From the NCBI GenBank assembly GCA_964623775.1, contig CAZUVH010000003.1, forward strand, positions 5,739 through 69,738: a stretch of 64,000 nucleotides of DNA, written 5' to 3'. Position 1 is the stretch's first letter. Every line of letters starts with the position of its first letter. The stretch comes from an uncultured Candidatus Saccharibacteria bacterium (GTDB lineage Bacteria > Patescibacteriota > Minisyncoccia > Phycocordibacterales > UBA2100). Shown here in pieces: positions 8,902 through 19,072 of the stretch. Under the pieces are notes generated by a model. The model was not told where the DNA came from. It saw nothing but the letters and a program-made list of their open reading frames with translations, and did no database searches. Position numbers and translations under genes: made by a program.

Positions 8902-11900
8902 ATGGATATATCTGTACCTAGAAGCGTTTCTCTTATTTTTAACAAATTGGCTGCAGGCACCGTTGTGCTCGCAATGGTCGTCAGCATGTTCCCAGCCGGT
9001 CTCACCGGTTTTAATTTTGCGTCGGCGGACGACAGTGGTTTTCTTTCACCCACGGTCAAGGATGTGAATCATGACGAATGGAGTAATGCAGACCGTGCAT
9101 TCAGTAGCAACAATAATTACTCAACGGAAACCGACGAGGATGATGACCAGAGCTTTGAAAGTTTCGGTTTCTCGGTGCCATCAGCATCGACAATCAATGG
9201 AGTCGAGGTGAGCATCGAGGGCTTCACTGCTGACCCTTCCGGTTGTCAGGCTGAGGTGCGAATGTGGTCAGACAGCGATAATGAGCATTCTGACTACCGC
9301 ACGCAGTCTGTCACGGACACTGAGGGGACGTATGTCCTCGGCGGGTCATCTGACTTGTGGGGTTCTACATGGATACCATCAGACTTCAGCAACGCGGACT
9401 TCCACGTGGAAATTCGATTTGATGATGTAGGAAGTGGTACCTGTGATGACATAGATGTTGAAAATGGTGGCATCGACATCAACCACAGCGGCAGTGTCAG
9501 CAGTTCTGATGATGGCTCCCTGGGCGGGAAGACCATAATTGACGGACGAGTTGATTGGGATAACAACGGTGTCGTAAATGGCAGCGATGATTCCTCTGCA
9601 AATGCGTTCCTTGGCAAAACGATCATCGATGGATGGGTAGACTTCAATGGCAGTGGAACGATTAGTGGTAGTGGAAGCAGTGACGACGGCGAGCTTGTGA
9701 ATAACACGTTCTCGCTCGATCACATCCAAGTGAAAGTCCATTACACTCCAGATGCATGCAATGATGTGTTCACGTACGAAAAGGAGAGCGACTACAGCGA
9801 TGCTCGCGTGGCCATCGACTTCCATGGCTTTGGTGGTAATGAAATTGACGTGTCGGCGCAAACTGGTTACGAAATTCAGGAAGTTTGGCTGGATGTCGAA
9901 GGTGATGGCGAATCAGGTTACTACCTCTATGCAACGGGCCCCGTAGACGACTTCAATCCACCAGGTGGCGAGATTGACGAAGCAAAAATCATAGTCAAAA
10001 AGACCTGCAACGGTGTATTGGAGGTGAAGAAAGTAATTGTCGGCGGTCATGATGGAGATGACGCAGAAGACTTCTCCTTCACGGTTGCGACAAATGACAG
10101 CGTTACGGTCCCGCAGAGTTTCGAAGCGGACGGCCAGAATGATCTCTCACTCGCTCCTGACACCTACACTGTCACAGAAACCGCAGCGGCGGGATGGGTC
10201 ACTACATACGAAAATTGCTCCGACGTTTCTCTCGCACTTGGTGAGACAGAGACCTGTACCATAACCAACACAAGACTCGGCTCGATCACAATTGTGAAGG
10301 AGACGGTGCCCGGCGAAGTAGATCAAGACTTCGTCTTCACGACGAGCGAAGGTCTCGCGGAGGGGAATCAGTTCACCCTCAATACATCCGAGGAAAGCCA
10401 GGTTACATTCAGCGGACTCGAGGCCGGTGAGTATTCGATTACGGAAACGGAAGTTCCCGGCTATGTTCTCACGAATGTGAGCTGTGTAGCAGATGGTGCG
10501 GAATACATTGTTGAAGACAATATGGTATCGATCGGTCTCAGTAACACCACTGATGTAGTGTGTACTTTCACCAATAAGCGACTTCCGATGCTGACGGTCT
10601 ACAAATATGCTTCTCCGCTCGACACGTCCTTCGACATTACGGTAGAGAATACTACGCTCGCGACGAGCAGCATCTTTACAGCTGATGTCGCAGGTGATGG
10701 TGAGGCAAACAGCGGTAATACGTATCATTACGTTGCGCTTGGCGACTACACTCTCACAGAAACACTTCCTGAGGGCTGGGGTGCAAATGGTACAGGCGGT
10801 GTCTCGAGCTCTGTCTGCTACAAGAATGGTGATGCGTCGGATATGGACGACACATCGATCAGCACATCTCTCGCGTATGGCGACGTAGTCAACTGTATCT
10901 TCAACAACACCCCGAATTCAATCCTTGCCGGAGACAAATTCGAGGATATGGATGGTAAGGGCGAAAGCACGGAAGGGGATGGTCTCAGCGGATGGACCAT
11001 TAGACTCTTTGAGTGGGATGGTGACAGTTGGGATTTTGAGGACGACACAACGACGGATGCAGGAGGCATGTTCAACTTCGGCAACATTCAGCCTGGCAAA
11101 TACCTCCTTTGCGAACAAGAACAGAGCAGTTGGTACCAATCAGTACCGTCTGACAGCACCACCCCGCCCGCAGGCGCTGTGGTCACGAGCTGCATCAATG
11201 ACGTGACTTGGGGTTCGGCCAAGGGTTACAGAATCGAAATCGTTGATGTGCCGGTCGCAACCACGACGGCAACTGTCGACGATCAGGAGGTGGTGATTGC
11301 AGAGCCGCTCGAGGGTGACGACGAATTTCCGGGCCAGGTATTCGATGGCTTCCGTTTTGGTAACTACCAGAAAGGATCCATCGGTGGCATAAAGTGGAAC
11401 GACGAAGACTCGAACGGTGTTCTCTGCACGGAGGAGATGGATGCAAATGATGAATGCACAGAAGAACAGGCTCCAGACAACAAGTGGTACATCGCTTACT
11501 CGGGTCCTTACAACAATGGCGGTGAATGGACCTCTGCAGGCACCTTCTCGTTCACCAATCTCGAGCCGGGCACATACACCTTGAGCGAATCCATGCAATC
11601 AGGGTGGGCACAGACGTACCCATACCTTTCGACGGGAAATCAGACGCATACCGTGGTCGTGCAATCAGGCGATCACAAGGTTCGCAATTTCGGCAACGTC
11701 GGTGACTCAACCATTTCAGGTGAGAAATGGAATGATGTCGACGGAGATGGGGTGAAAGACGAAGGCGAAACTACACCGGGCACTTCGTTCACATTCGAGC
11801 TGTACAAGATAGTCGGTGAGACATCAACACTGGTCACTACGCAGAGTGATAACGACGGATACACTTTCAGTGGCCTGCTCTCGGGTACCTACATGGTATG

Positions 11901-13299
11901 TGAGGTTGAAACTTCCGGCTGGGAACAGACATACCCCGCAGATGATGGTTGCCATACGGTGACCGTGGGTATTGATCAAGACTCGACCGACAATGACTTC
12001 GGCAACATTGAGGTGGTCGACATCTCTGGTATGAAGTACCACGACAAGAACAGAAACGGCGTCAAAGATGAAGGTGAGTTCGGCCTCTCGGGCTGGACCA
12101 TCACGGCGACTCCGATCGTAGATTCGTGCAACGACGGATGCTGGGAGGAGGACACAGACAATATGAAGACGACAACGACAGATAGTGACGGCAACTACGT
12201 CTTCCATATCAAAAACAGCGAGACAGGAACGTGGCGAATTGCGGAAGTAAATCAATCCGCATGGACACAGACCGCGCCCACAGATCCGAGCTACTACGAC
12301 ACTCAGGTCTCGATCGGTGATCCATCCACAGGAAATAACTTCGGCAATTGGAAGTGGCCGGTCATACAGGTATACAAGTGGACCGATCTCAACTCGAACG
12401 GCACTCAAGACGAGGGTGAGGGGCCAGTCGCTGGTTACCCGATCGCAGTTGGCCAGATCACAGGCAGTGAAGGAGGTGAGGAAGGCGCCGACGCTCTCAA
12501 TGTGGAAATTATCACCACTGAGCTCACCGGCTCCGATGGCTTTGCTAATATCGCTCTCAATCCCGCTTGGTTCGAGGACGGCCTCACGCAAAGTGAGTTG
12601 AACAATCTCGTTGTGTTTGAGGGTCAGCAGAGCAATTGGACGAAGACCTTCCCGAATTTCACGCACAATGACACGATCAATATCACCTGGCGCGACGGCC
12701 TCATTCCAATCACACTTCTCACAGACTCATTCTTCGATGTCTTCACAGAGGGCATATTCTCTGGCGGCGGCACTGCAACAGCAGGTCTTCAACACGACAC
12801 GTACTCACCTGAGACTTCACTCAAGTTTGGCAACCACTACACCGAGCCGGTGACGGAGACGCCGTCGACCCCGACGAATGGCGGTGGTGGGGGTGGCGGC
12901 AACGGCCCGATCGCGGGATCTCTCCCGGCTGGTCAGGTACTTGGCGCATTCGCAAGTTCGAATGGCCAAGTGCTCGGTGAATCTGCGTGCAGTGCAGTAC
13001 TCCTCACCGACTTCATGCGCCGCGGCAAGAAGAATGATCCAGAACAGGTGAAGCTCCTGCAGGAATTCCTCAACAAGGAAATGGGCCTCAACCTCCCAGT
13101 TACAGGCTTCTTTGGACCGTTGACCGAGAATGCGGTCAAGAGCTTCCAGATCAAGTACGCGGCTGACATCCTGACGCCATGGAATCTGTCGGAACCGACC
13201 GGATTCGTGTACCTCACGACGCTCCGCAAGATCAATCAGATCCACTGCGAAGCGCTCAATATCCCGATGCCTGAGCTCGTTCCATTCAGTGGCGAGTAA
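8902..13299 (+). CDS. giant secreted cell-surface protein with about five Cna-B / SdrD-B-like (prealbumin-fold) repeats and a C-terminal peptidoglycan-binding (PG_binding_1-like) domain
   Basis: Signal peptide MDISVPRSVSLIFNKLAAGTVVLAMVVSMFPAGLTGFNFASA|DD. Repeated (K/E)(F/W/Y)xDxDG/NxNGxxDxGE…G(W/F)T…(Y/W)xQTxP units (e.g. ISGEKWNDVDGDGVKDEGE…SGWEQTYPA). Poly-Gly linker GGGGGGG, then …VKLLQEFLNKEMGLNLPVTGFFGPLTENAVKSFQ… Start set at 8902; the ORF extends to 8803 without a signal-like sequence. Confidence 0.75.
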   Translation: MDISVPRSVSLIFNKLAAGTVVLAMVVSMFPAGLTGFNFASADDSGFLSPTVKDVNHDEWSNADRAFSSNNNYSTETDEDDDQSFESFGFSVPSASTINGVEVSIEGFTADPSGCQAEVRMWSDSDNEHSDYRTQSVTDTEGTYVLGGSSDLWGSTWIPSDFSNADFHVEIRFDDVGSGTCDDIDVENGGIDINHSGSVSSSDDGSLGGKTIIDGRVDWDNNGVVNGSDDSSANAFLGKTIIDGWVDFNGSGTISGSGSSDDGELVNNTFSLDHIQVKVHYTPDACNDVFTYEKESDYSDARVAIDFHGFGGNEIDVSAQTGYEIQEVWLDVEGDGESGYYLYATGPVDDFNPPGGEIDEAKIIVKKTCNGVLEVKKVIVGGHDGDDAEDFSFTVATNDSVTVPQSFEADGQNDLSLAPDTYTVTETAAAGWVTTYENCSDVSLALGETETCTITNTRLGSITIVKETVPGEVDQDFVFTTSEGLAEGNQFTLNTSEESQVTFSGLEAGEYSITETEVPGYVLTNVSCVADGAEYIVEDNMVSIGLSNTTDVVCTFTNKRLPMLTVYKYASPLDTSFDITVENTTLATSSIFTADVAGDGEANSGNTYHYVALGDYTLTETLPEGWGANGTGGVSSSVCYKNGDASDMDDTSISTSLAYGDVVNCIFNNTPNSILAGDKFEDMDGKGESTEGDGLSGWTIRLFEWDGDSWDFEDDTTTDAGGMFNFGNIQPGKYLLCEQEQSSWYQSVPSDSTTPPAGAVVTSCINDVTWGSAKGYRIEIVDVPVATTTATVDDQEVVIAEPLEGDDEFPGQVFDGFRFGNYQKGSIGGIKWNDEDSNGVLCTEEMDANDECTEEQAPDNKWYIAYSGPYNNGGEWTSAGTFSFTNLEPGTYTLSESMQSGWAQTYPYLSTGNQTHTVVVQSGDHKVRNFGNVGDSTISGEKWNDVDGDGVKDEGETTPGTSFTFELYKIVGETSTLVTTQSDNDGYTFSGLLSGTYMVCEVETSGWEQTYPADDGCHTVTVGIDQDSTDNDFGNIEVVDISGMKYHDKNRNGVKDEGEFGLSGWTITATPIVDSCNDGCWEEDTDNMKTTTTDSDGNYVFHIKNSETGTWRIAEVNQSAWTQTAPTDPSYYDTQVSIGDPSTGNNFGNWKWPVIQVYKWTDLNSNGTQDEGEGPVAGYPIAVGQITGSEGGEEGADALNVEIITTELTGSDGFANIALNPAWFEDGLTQSELNNLVVFEGQQSNWTKTFPNFTHNDTINITWRDGLIPITLLTDSFFDVFTEGIFSGGGTATAGLQHDTYSPETSLKFGNHYTEPVTETPSTPTNGGGGGGGNGPIAGSLPAGQVLGAFASSNGQVLGESACSAVLLTDFMRRGKKNDPEQVKLLQEFLNKEMGLNLPVTGFFGPLTENAVKSFQIKYAADILTPWNLSEPTGFVYLTTLRKINQIHCEALNIPMPELVPFSGE
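10925..12700 (+). repeat. about five tandem ~330-bp coding repeats (Cna-B/SdrD-B-like modules) inside the surface-protein gene
   Basis: Protein-level periodicity beginning DKFEDMDG…, GSIGGIKWNDEDSNG…, ISGEKWNDVDGDG…, ISGMKYHDKNRNG…, IQVYKWTDLNSNG…. Confidence 0.6.
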
Positions 13300-13320
13300 A
13301 TAAAGCCCGTTTACCAGAAG

Positions 13321-13346
13321 CAAACCCCGCCTCTTGGCGGGGTTTG
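13321..13346 (+). terminator. terminator hairpin caaaccccgcc-tctt-ggcggggtttg
   Basis: Perfect 11-bp stem 20 nt after the stop of the giant gene, followed by cgttataaaag. Confidence 0.6.
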
Positions 13347-13374
13347 CGTTATAAAAGTGTGCGAGAATGAATAC

Positions 13375-13773
13375 ATGCGTCCCGTAGCCACCGCTCTTGC
13401 ATCCGGGTTTATCCTCATAGCAATGAGCGTCACCCCTGCACTCGCTGACACCTCATTTTTCGTCGGTGACCGTGTCACCGTTACTTCCGGGCCTTTGAAT
13501 GTACGTATGTCGCCCTCGATATACGATGCCCCATACGGCACACAAAAAGAGGGGAATCGCGGCGTCATCTTCCAGGGTCCTGTCGAAAAGGATGGTTATA
13601 CCTGGTGGTTTATCGATTATGACAGCGGGGTGGATGGATGGAGCGTACAGAATTATCTGGGCAGCGCTCATGTGCAAAGTACGCAGACGGCTGCCGCGAA
13701 TACGCAGATTCAGGCACTCTACTGGCAGCTCAAAAATATCCTCATTGTGTTGCAGCAACTGAAAACGCAGTAA
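13375..13773 (+). CDS. secreted SH3b-like domain protein
   Basis: Signal peptide (…LIAMSVTPALA|DT). …GDRVTVTSGPLNVRMSPS…GTQKEGNRGVIFQGPVEKDGYTWWFIDYDSGVDGW resembles bacterial SH3 domains. Confidence 0.5.
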   Translation: MRPVATALASGFILIAMSVTPALADTSFFVGDRVTVTSGPLNVRMSPSIYDAPYGTQKEGNRGVIFQGPVEKDGYTWWFIDYDSGVDGWSVQNYLGSAHVQSTQTAAANTQIQALYWQLKNILIVLQQLKTQ

Positions 13774-13874
13774 GCATTTTGTGTACTTAAAACCACCTAT
13801 AGATAAAGATAGGTACAAATAGAAAGAGTTGAATAGTGGATAATTGACGGGAGATTTCGTGCGACAATGAATCC

Positions 13875-14876
13875 ATGAGTCGGAAGAGGGGCTTTTTTAG
13901 CAGCAAGAAAGTGAAGAGGGAATTCGAGCTGCTCGGGGGCGTATCGGCGACAGCGGCCTCGCTTCTCGTCGTTTCCATTTTTCTTCTCACGTCGCTCGAC
14001 AAGATCCTCATTACCTCCAATCAGTACGCATCCGTCATTGCGGCGGTCTTGGTAGATCTCACAAATGGCGATCGTAATGCGAGCAACATCCACGGTCTCA
14101 CGATCAATCCCGTACTCGTCGCGGTCGCGCAGGCCAAGGCGGATGACATGGCTGCAAAAGGCTATTTCTCGCACGTGTCGCCCGAGGGCAAAGACCCATG
14201 GCATTGGTTTAAGCTCGTCGGTTACAAATTCACGTACGCGGGAGAGAATCTCGCCGTTGACTTTTCGGACTCTGCTGATGTGCAGCGAGCATGGATGAAT
14301 TCGCCGACGCATCGCAAGAATCTGCTCGATCCGCGCTTTACCGAAATAGGGATCGCGACAGCTGCTGGCTTCTATCAGGGCCACCCCACCATCTTTGTCG
14401 TCCAGGCATTCGGCGCCCCTGCAGCATCAGCAAGCGAGCCAACCGTCGCATCCAATGTACCGGACGATCCGGGCACGCTTGCCGTGGCAGAAGTAATGCC
14501 CACGGCGCCCACACAAGTCTTGGGCGAAACAACCGACTCTAATGTGGTAAAGCCGACGATGGAAGTGCGACCAATTACAGCTGGGGAGGTGGTAGTTGTG
14601 CCCCAGCACTCGGCTTGGTACGACCGCCTCGCGTCCTCACCGCGCAATTTCGTGTACATCACATACTATGTCATCGCGGCGCTCATCATCCTCTCGCTCT
14701 TGATCGAGACGGGTCTCCAGATACGCCTGCATCATGAGAAAAAGGCAGTTACGGCGGGCCTCATGCTCGCGCTCGTCCTCGGTTTTGTCTTCGTGACCAA
14801 TGTGTACCTCTTCCCGCACCCTGTACTTGTCTCCGAAAACGCGGTGCAGATGGCAGCTGCTGCAGCCGCGCTCTAG
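13875..14876 (+). CDS. CAP (SCP/PR-1, YkwD-like) domain protein with an N-terminal TM anchor and a C-terminal membrane segment
   Basis: …GYFSHVSPEGKDPWHWF…AGENLAVDFSDSADVQRAWMNSPTHRKNLLDPRFTEIGIA… matches CAP-domain signatures. Confidence 0.75.
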   Translation: MSRKRGFFSSKKVKREFELLGGVSATAASLLVVSIFLLTSLDKILITSNQYASVIAAVLVDLTNGDRNASNIHGLTINPVLVAVAQAKADDMAAKGYFSHVSPEGKDPWHWFKLVGYKFTYAGENLAVDFSDSADVQRAWMNSPTHRKNLLDPRFTEIGIATAAGFYQGHPTIFVVQAFGAPAASASEPTVASNVPDDPGTLAVAEVMPTAPTQVLGETTDSNVVKPTMEVRPITAGEVVVVPQHSAWYDRLASSPRNFVYITYYVIAALIILSLLIETGLQIRLHHEKKAVTAGLMLALVLGFVFVTNVYLFPHPVLVSENAVQMAAAAAAL

Positions 14877-14892
14877 TATTGATGCACGCAAC

Positions 14893-14916
14893 AAAACCCC
14901 GCTTTCGCGGGGTTTT
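14893..14916. terminator. bidirectional terminator hairpin aaaaccccgc-tttc-gcggggtttt
   Basis: Perfect 10-bp stem with A/T tracts between convergent genes. Confidence 0.65.
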
Positions 14917-14931
14917 GTTACGCGAGTTTTT

Positions 14932-15438
14932 TTAATTGCCGAATTTGAATGCTCCGAAGATGCGTGCCCAGAAGCCAAGACCCTGAGATTTAGAAGTGCT
15001 CGCCGCTGCCGACGCGCTACCCTTGGCTGTCAGCTCGTTTCTGAGGTCACCAACAGTTGTAGAAGCGGGGAGTCCGAAGAAAAAGCTGAGGAATGAGCGG
15101 ATACCGCCTCTGCCCCATCCCTTACCTTCATCATCCGTCGTTGTCGACTTTTCGCCGCGGTTTTCTTTTTGTTTTGAATCCTGGCGGCGGTCGGCGTCCT
15201 CCCGCTTGTCTGCGACACTGTCATTATCGTCGTCTGAGTCGCGGTATTCGCCCTTAATTTGCTGAATTTTCACATCAAGCTTGCCATCGGCATCGATATC
15301 GCCGATCTGCGCGCGATGCTCGAGTGAAGCATCCGCACCCATTTCTACCCCCAATCCTCCGCGATTGTTATCTGCAAGCGCGAGTGTCGGAAGAGCTAAT
15401 AATGCGGTCATAAGACCAATAGTCACTTCTTTCTTCAT
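14932..15438 (-). CDS. secreted acidic low-complexity protein (hypothetical)
   Basis: Start taken at MKKEVTIGLMTALLALPTLALA (signal peptide). D/E/K-rich, then Ser/Ala-rich tail. Confidence 0.4.
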   Translation of the reverse strand: MKKEVTIGLMTALLALPTLALADNNRGGLGVEMGADASLEHRAQIGDIDADGKLDVKIQQIKGEYRDSDDDNDSVADKREDADRRQDSKQKENRGEKSTTTDDEGKGWGRGGIRSFLSFFFGLPASTTVGDLRNELTAKGSASAAASTSKSQGLGFWARIFGAFKFGN

Positions 15439-15687
15439 ATGTATTAGCGTAACACCAAAGTAGGGGAGTAATGTCAATACTGTTAATAGTGTGCTGCTGA
15501 CCCTCATACCCCAGCCGGTGCCGCTCTCATGAAGACGAGTTCAAAATGAGTTCCTTACAGTACTGATTTTAAGCCATATTTTACTGCTATAATCCACTTC
15601 ATGGTGACCGTAAGAATGATGAAGTACGGTCGTCTATATAAAGGGTCTGAAATTAATAGGTTATAAAAAAATTAACATTAGATATAT

Positions 15688-17352
15688 ATGACAGTATTTA
15701 AGAAAATGACCGCTGGAGTATTGGCGGCAGGCATTATGGTGCCGTCTCTCGCTTTTGCGCAGACGTCGACAAGTTCGACCCTCACGGCGCTTTTGGCGCA
15801 GATCAAAGCCTTAACGGCCCAGATTGAGGCTCTCAAACAGCAGCAGTCGACGTTGCAGGGCCAAATCAAGACGGTAAAAGAAGATGCGCGCGCGGCAGTG
15901 AAAGAACTTCGTGGCCAGATAAGGTGCGGAGCGAGCGGCGAAGATGTCGCGCTTCTCCAAACGATCCTCGCATCTGATCCGTCGATCTTCCCGGAAGGCA
16001 TAATCAATGGCTTCTACGGCAAAAAGACGAGCGAGGCAGTTAAGCGCTTCCAGCGCATGACCGGTCTCACGCCGACAGGCTGCGTCGGTCCGCAGACCAT
16101 GAACGCACTCAACAACTTCCTGAAGAAGCACCCGATCATAGTGCAAGACGGCACCGTCTGTGCGCTTGTATTGAATGGCGAAAAGCCGAAAGGCTGGGAG
16201 CGCAAGCTTGATCGTGAACGCGAGAAAATGGGTATGAGCTCCATCCCGACGTGCACGGGCGGCATTCCTCAGTCGATTCTCAATGCTTTCGGTATCAGTT
16301 CGACGACACCGTTTGTCCCGGGCAATACCGGTGTGACACAAGATGAAACGATTCCGGGAAGCGGCAAGATCACGATGTGCCACAAGCCAGGTCACAACAA
16401 AGTGACGATCTATGTCAGCTCGTCTGCTTTTGGCGCGCATATCGCGCATGGTGATCGCCTTGGTGCGTGCGATGGCAGTACTGCCACGACCACGACCGAC
16501 ACTATCGCGCCGACGATCAGTGGCGTGAGCTCGACCAACGTCACAACTACAGGTGTTACCGTTACCTGGACGACCAACGAGGCTGCCACCACGCAGGTTG
16601 AGTATGGCACTACGGCTTCGTACGGTTCGACGACTTCGCTCGATAGTACGAAGGTTACGAATCACAGCGCGGCGATCTCCGGACTCTCAAATGGTACGAC
16701 CTATCACTTCCGCGTGATTTCGAAAGACGCGGCAGGGAATACGGCAACTTCTGGCGATATGACATTCACGACAGGTACGGTCGACACGACCGCCCCGTCG
16801 CTCTCAGCGATCACATCGACCAACCTGACAATGACCGGCGCCACAATCACGTGGACGACCAATGAGAACTCAACGAGTCAGGTGGAATACGGCACGACGG
16901 CTTCGTATGGAAATACGACCACCCTCGACACTGCGCTCGTAACAGGGCACAGCGTCAACCTTACCGGCCTCACGACCGGTACCACATACCACTTCCGCGT
17001 CATTTCGAAAGACGCTGCGAACAATGTGGCGACCTCCGGCGACATGACGTTTGTGACGACAGCCGACACCACCGCGCCAGTTATCTCCGGCGTCTCGGTC
17101 TCGCCGATCAGTGCAAGCAGCGCGTCGATCTCGTGGACGACCAATGAATCAGCTACGACCAAGGTGTACTACGACACCGTAGCCATCACGTCTGGTTCGC
17201 AGTTTGCGGTTGCCGCAGGCGCAGGCACGTCGCACATGGTTGGTCTCACCGGCCTCAGTGCGTCGACGACGTACTACTATGTCCTCGAATCGAAAGACGA
17301 TCAGAACAACACCGCGACGACGACCCAGTCGAGCTTCGCGACGACCAACTAA
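15688..17352 (+). CDS. secreted protein: coiled-coil region, peptidoglycan-binding (PG_binding_1-like) domain, then three FN3-like repeats
   Basis: Signal peptide …PSLAFA|QT. …GASGEDVALLQTILAS…NGFYGKKTSEAVKRFQRMTGLTPTGCVGPQTMNAL… is PGBD-like. Three ~90-aa repeats TTAPxISxxSSTNxTxTGxTxTWTTNExxTxQVEYGTTASYG…TTYHFRVISKDAAxNxATSGDMTFxT. Confidence 0.7.
   Translation: MTVFKKMTAGVLAAGIMVPSLAFAQTSTSSTLTALLAQIKALTAQIEALKQQQSTLQGQIKTVKEDARAAVKELRGQIRCGASGEDVALLQTILASDPSIFPEGIINGFYGKKTSEAVKRFQRMTGLTPTGCVGPQTMNALNNFLKKHPIIVQDGTVCALVLNGEKPKGWERKLDREREKMGMSSIPTCTGGIPQSILNAFGISSTTPFVPGNTGVTQDETIPGSGKITMCHKPGHNKVTIYVSSSAFGAHIAHGDRLGACDGSTATTTTDTIAPTISGVSSTNVTTTGVTVTWTTNEAATTQVEYGTTASYGSTTSLDSTKVTNHSAAISGLSNGTTYHFRVISKDAAGNTATSGDMTFTTGTVDTTAPSLSAITSTNLTMTGATITWTTNENSTSQVEYGTTASYGNTTTLDTALVTGHSVNLTGLTTGTTYHFRVISKDAANNVATSGDMTFVTTADTTAPVISGVSVSPISASSASISWTTNESATTKVYYDTVAITSGSQFAVAAGAGTSHMVGLTGLSASTTYYYVLESKDDQNNTATTTQSSFATTN
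16496..17340 (+). repeat. three tandem ~280-bp DNA repeats encoding FN3-like modules
   Basis: Near-identical stretches (e.g. ggcacgacggcttcgtatgg…accacataccacttccgcgtcatttcgaaagacgc) recur with a period of about 280 bp. Confidence 0.7.
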
Positions 17353-17382
17353 CCTACAGAGTGATCACTGGAGGCTTATGCA

Positions 17383-17408
17383 AACACCCCGGCACATGCC
17401 GGGGTGTT
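17383..17408 (+). terminator. terminator hairpin aacaccccggc-acat-gccggggtgtt plus TTTT
   Basis: Perfect 11-bp stem directly after the 15688..17352 stop. Confidence 0.7.
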
Positions 17409-17429
17409 TTGCTGATATATAATGACGAT

Positions 17430-19004
17430 ATGAAAAATATTACCCACGTTCTGTTCGTGTTGTTTGTGTTTGCGATATTTTCCCTCCCCGCATCAGCGTA
17501 TGCAGTGTCTGCATCGATCCAAGAAATTTCTCCCGGGACGAGCGTACTGCCGAAAAATAAATTTACGTTCAAAATCGTTCCGTCTGGATTTATGGCGCAA
17601 TCGTACCAACTAACGGATTCGTTCCCCGGGACGACACTTACGGTCAACAACATCGACCAAGCTGGCCGCTTATTCTGGGTACCGCTCCCGAGTGATGTGG
17701 GGACGCACAATCTCACTATCACGGCGCAAGATTTCAACGGCAATAGCGCGATTGTCACACAGACCGTTACGATCTTGCCACCCCCCTCCGTCTCTATTCA
17801 GTCGGTTTCGCCTGACCTCAAAATCATGCCTGGTACGACGCTTACATTCCAAGTTGTTGCGACCGGTTTTACGAACCCGAGATTCACGGTGAGCGATTCT
17901 GTGAGCGGCTCGGGTATTGCCAATGTTACGATCGGCTCATCAGGCGCATTCTCATGGACGCCCGCTCCCGCTGACGACGGGGAGCACAGGATAACTGTCT
18001 ACGCCAATGATTCAAGCGGCAGCAGTGCTTCTGCAAGCATCGATGTCGTAGTCGGCACCGGTCCGAGCATTGTGATCAATGGGATGTCGCCGGGCCCTTC
18101 AGTGACGCTCGGTCAAACGCTCACGTTTACGGCATCGCCGGTGCAATTTTCTCCGAATGCATTTTCAGTGACTGACACATTTTCAGGGACAACTGTTTCC
18201 AACGGCAACATCAATATCTCGGGTCAGTTTTCCTGGACTCCGTCAGGGATCGACGCGGGGACGCATACGCTTACAGTGACGGGGACGGTCGGGTTCTATG
18301 GCAAAAGTGCATCGGTGAAACAGGTGGTACATGTCCTTCGGCCCGGCGAGACGGCGCCAATACAGACTGTTGCTGCCACAAGCACTGCGCCCACAACAGC
18401 AATTGCCGCAAGCGATACTGCCGTGACCGCTCTTCAAAAACAGATTGCCGAACTCACTGCAAAAATCGCCGCTCAAAAAGGCGCATCTGTCTCCACCCCC
18501 GCGGCGACACCCGCACCCGTATCTGCAAACGGCTCATTCACGACCTACCTCTATCAAGGTATGGAGGGGGAAGAGGTGACTCGGTTGCAGAAAGTGCTGG
18601 CGCAGCAGGGCTTTTTCAGCGCAGAACCAAATGGCACCTTTGGACCGCTCACGGTGGCCGCGGTGAAGAAATTCCAGGCAGCGCAGGGTCTCAGCACGCT
18701 TGGGGTCGTGGGTCCGGCCACTCGCGCAGCGCTCAATGCACTCTCGAATTCTTCGGCGACACCGAAGGGTGTTGAAAATTCTGCCAGCAAATATGTATTT
18801 GAAAAGTTCCTCTCACGGGGCGATGAGAATACGGATGTTACGGAGCTTCAGAAGCGCCTCAAGGCACTTGGCTTTTTCACGGGCGAAGCATCGGGGTACT
18901 TTGGTCCAGCCACCTACGCGGCAGTCATAAAATTCCAGGTGGCAAATGGTCTTGACCCGAAAGGACATGTAGGGCCTGGCACGCGCGCTGCGCTCAATAA
19001 GTAA
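17430..19004 (+). CDS. secreted protein with three Ig-like repeats and two C-terminal peptidoglycan-binding (PG_binding_1-like) domains
   Basis: Signal peptide MKNITHVLFVLFVFAIFSLPASAYA. Three ~95-aa repeats (…FSWTPxxxDxGxHxLTVTA/G…). Two PGBD-like segments (…VTRLQKVLAQQGFFSAEPNGTFGPLTVAAVKKFQAAQGL… and …VTELQKRLKALGFFTGEASGYFGPATYAAVIKFQVANGL…). Confidence 0.7.
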   Translation: MKNITHVLFVLFVFAIFSLPASAYAVSASIQEISPGTSVLPKNKFTFKIVPSGFMAQSYQLTDSFPGTTLTVNNIDQAGRLFWVPLPSDVGTHNLTITAQDFNGNSAIVTQTVTILPPPSVSIQSVSPDLKIMPGTTLTFQVVATGFTNPRFTVSDSVSGSGIANVTIGSSGAFSWTPAPADDGEHRITVYANDSSGSSASASIDVVVGTGPSIVINGMSPGPSVTLGQTLTFTASPVQFSPNAFSVTDTFSGTTVSNGNINISGQFSWTPSGIDAGTHTLTVTGTVGFYGKSASVKQVVHVLRPGETAPIQTVAATSTAPTTAIAASDTAVTALQKQIAELTAKIAAQKGASVSTPAATPAPVSANGSFTTYLYQGMEGEEVTRLQKVLAQQGFFSAEPNGTFGPLTVAAVKKFQAAQGLSTLGVVGPATRAALNALSNSSATPKGVENSASKYVFEKFLSRGDENTDVTELQKRLKALGFFTGEASGYFGPATYAAVIKFQVANGLDPKGHVGPGTRAALNK

Positions 19005-19072
19005 TCAGCGCGCCACGTGTCCACAAAAAAATCAATTTGACCGGAGGTGGGGAGTGCTACAATCCGGACACT

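Noticed and set aside
11824-12666. 280-aa minus-strand ORF (and several 60-190-aa ORFs on the minus strand between 9.3 and 13.3 kb)
   Set aside because: Antisense to the giant surface-protein gene, whose repeat architecture and domains strongly support the plus frame.
15811-16665. 284-aa Arg-rich minus-strand ORF
   Set aside because: Antisense to the PG-binding/FN3 gene. Arg-rich low-complexity translation with no TM or motif.
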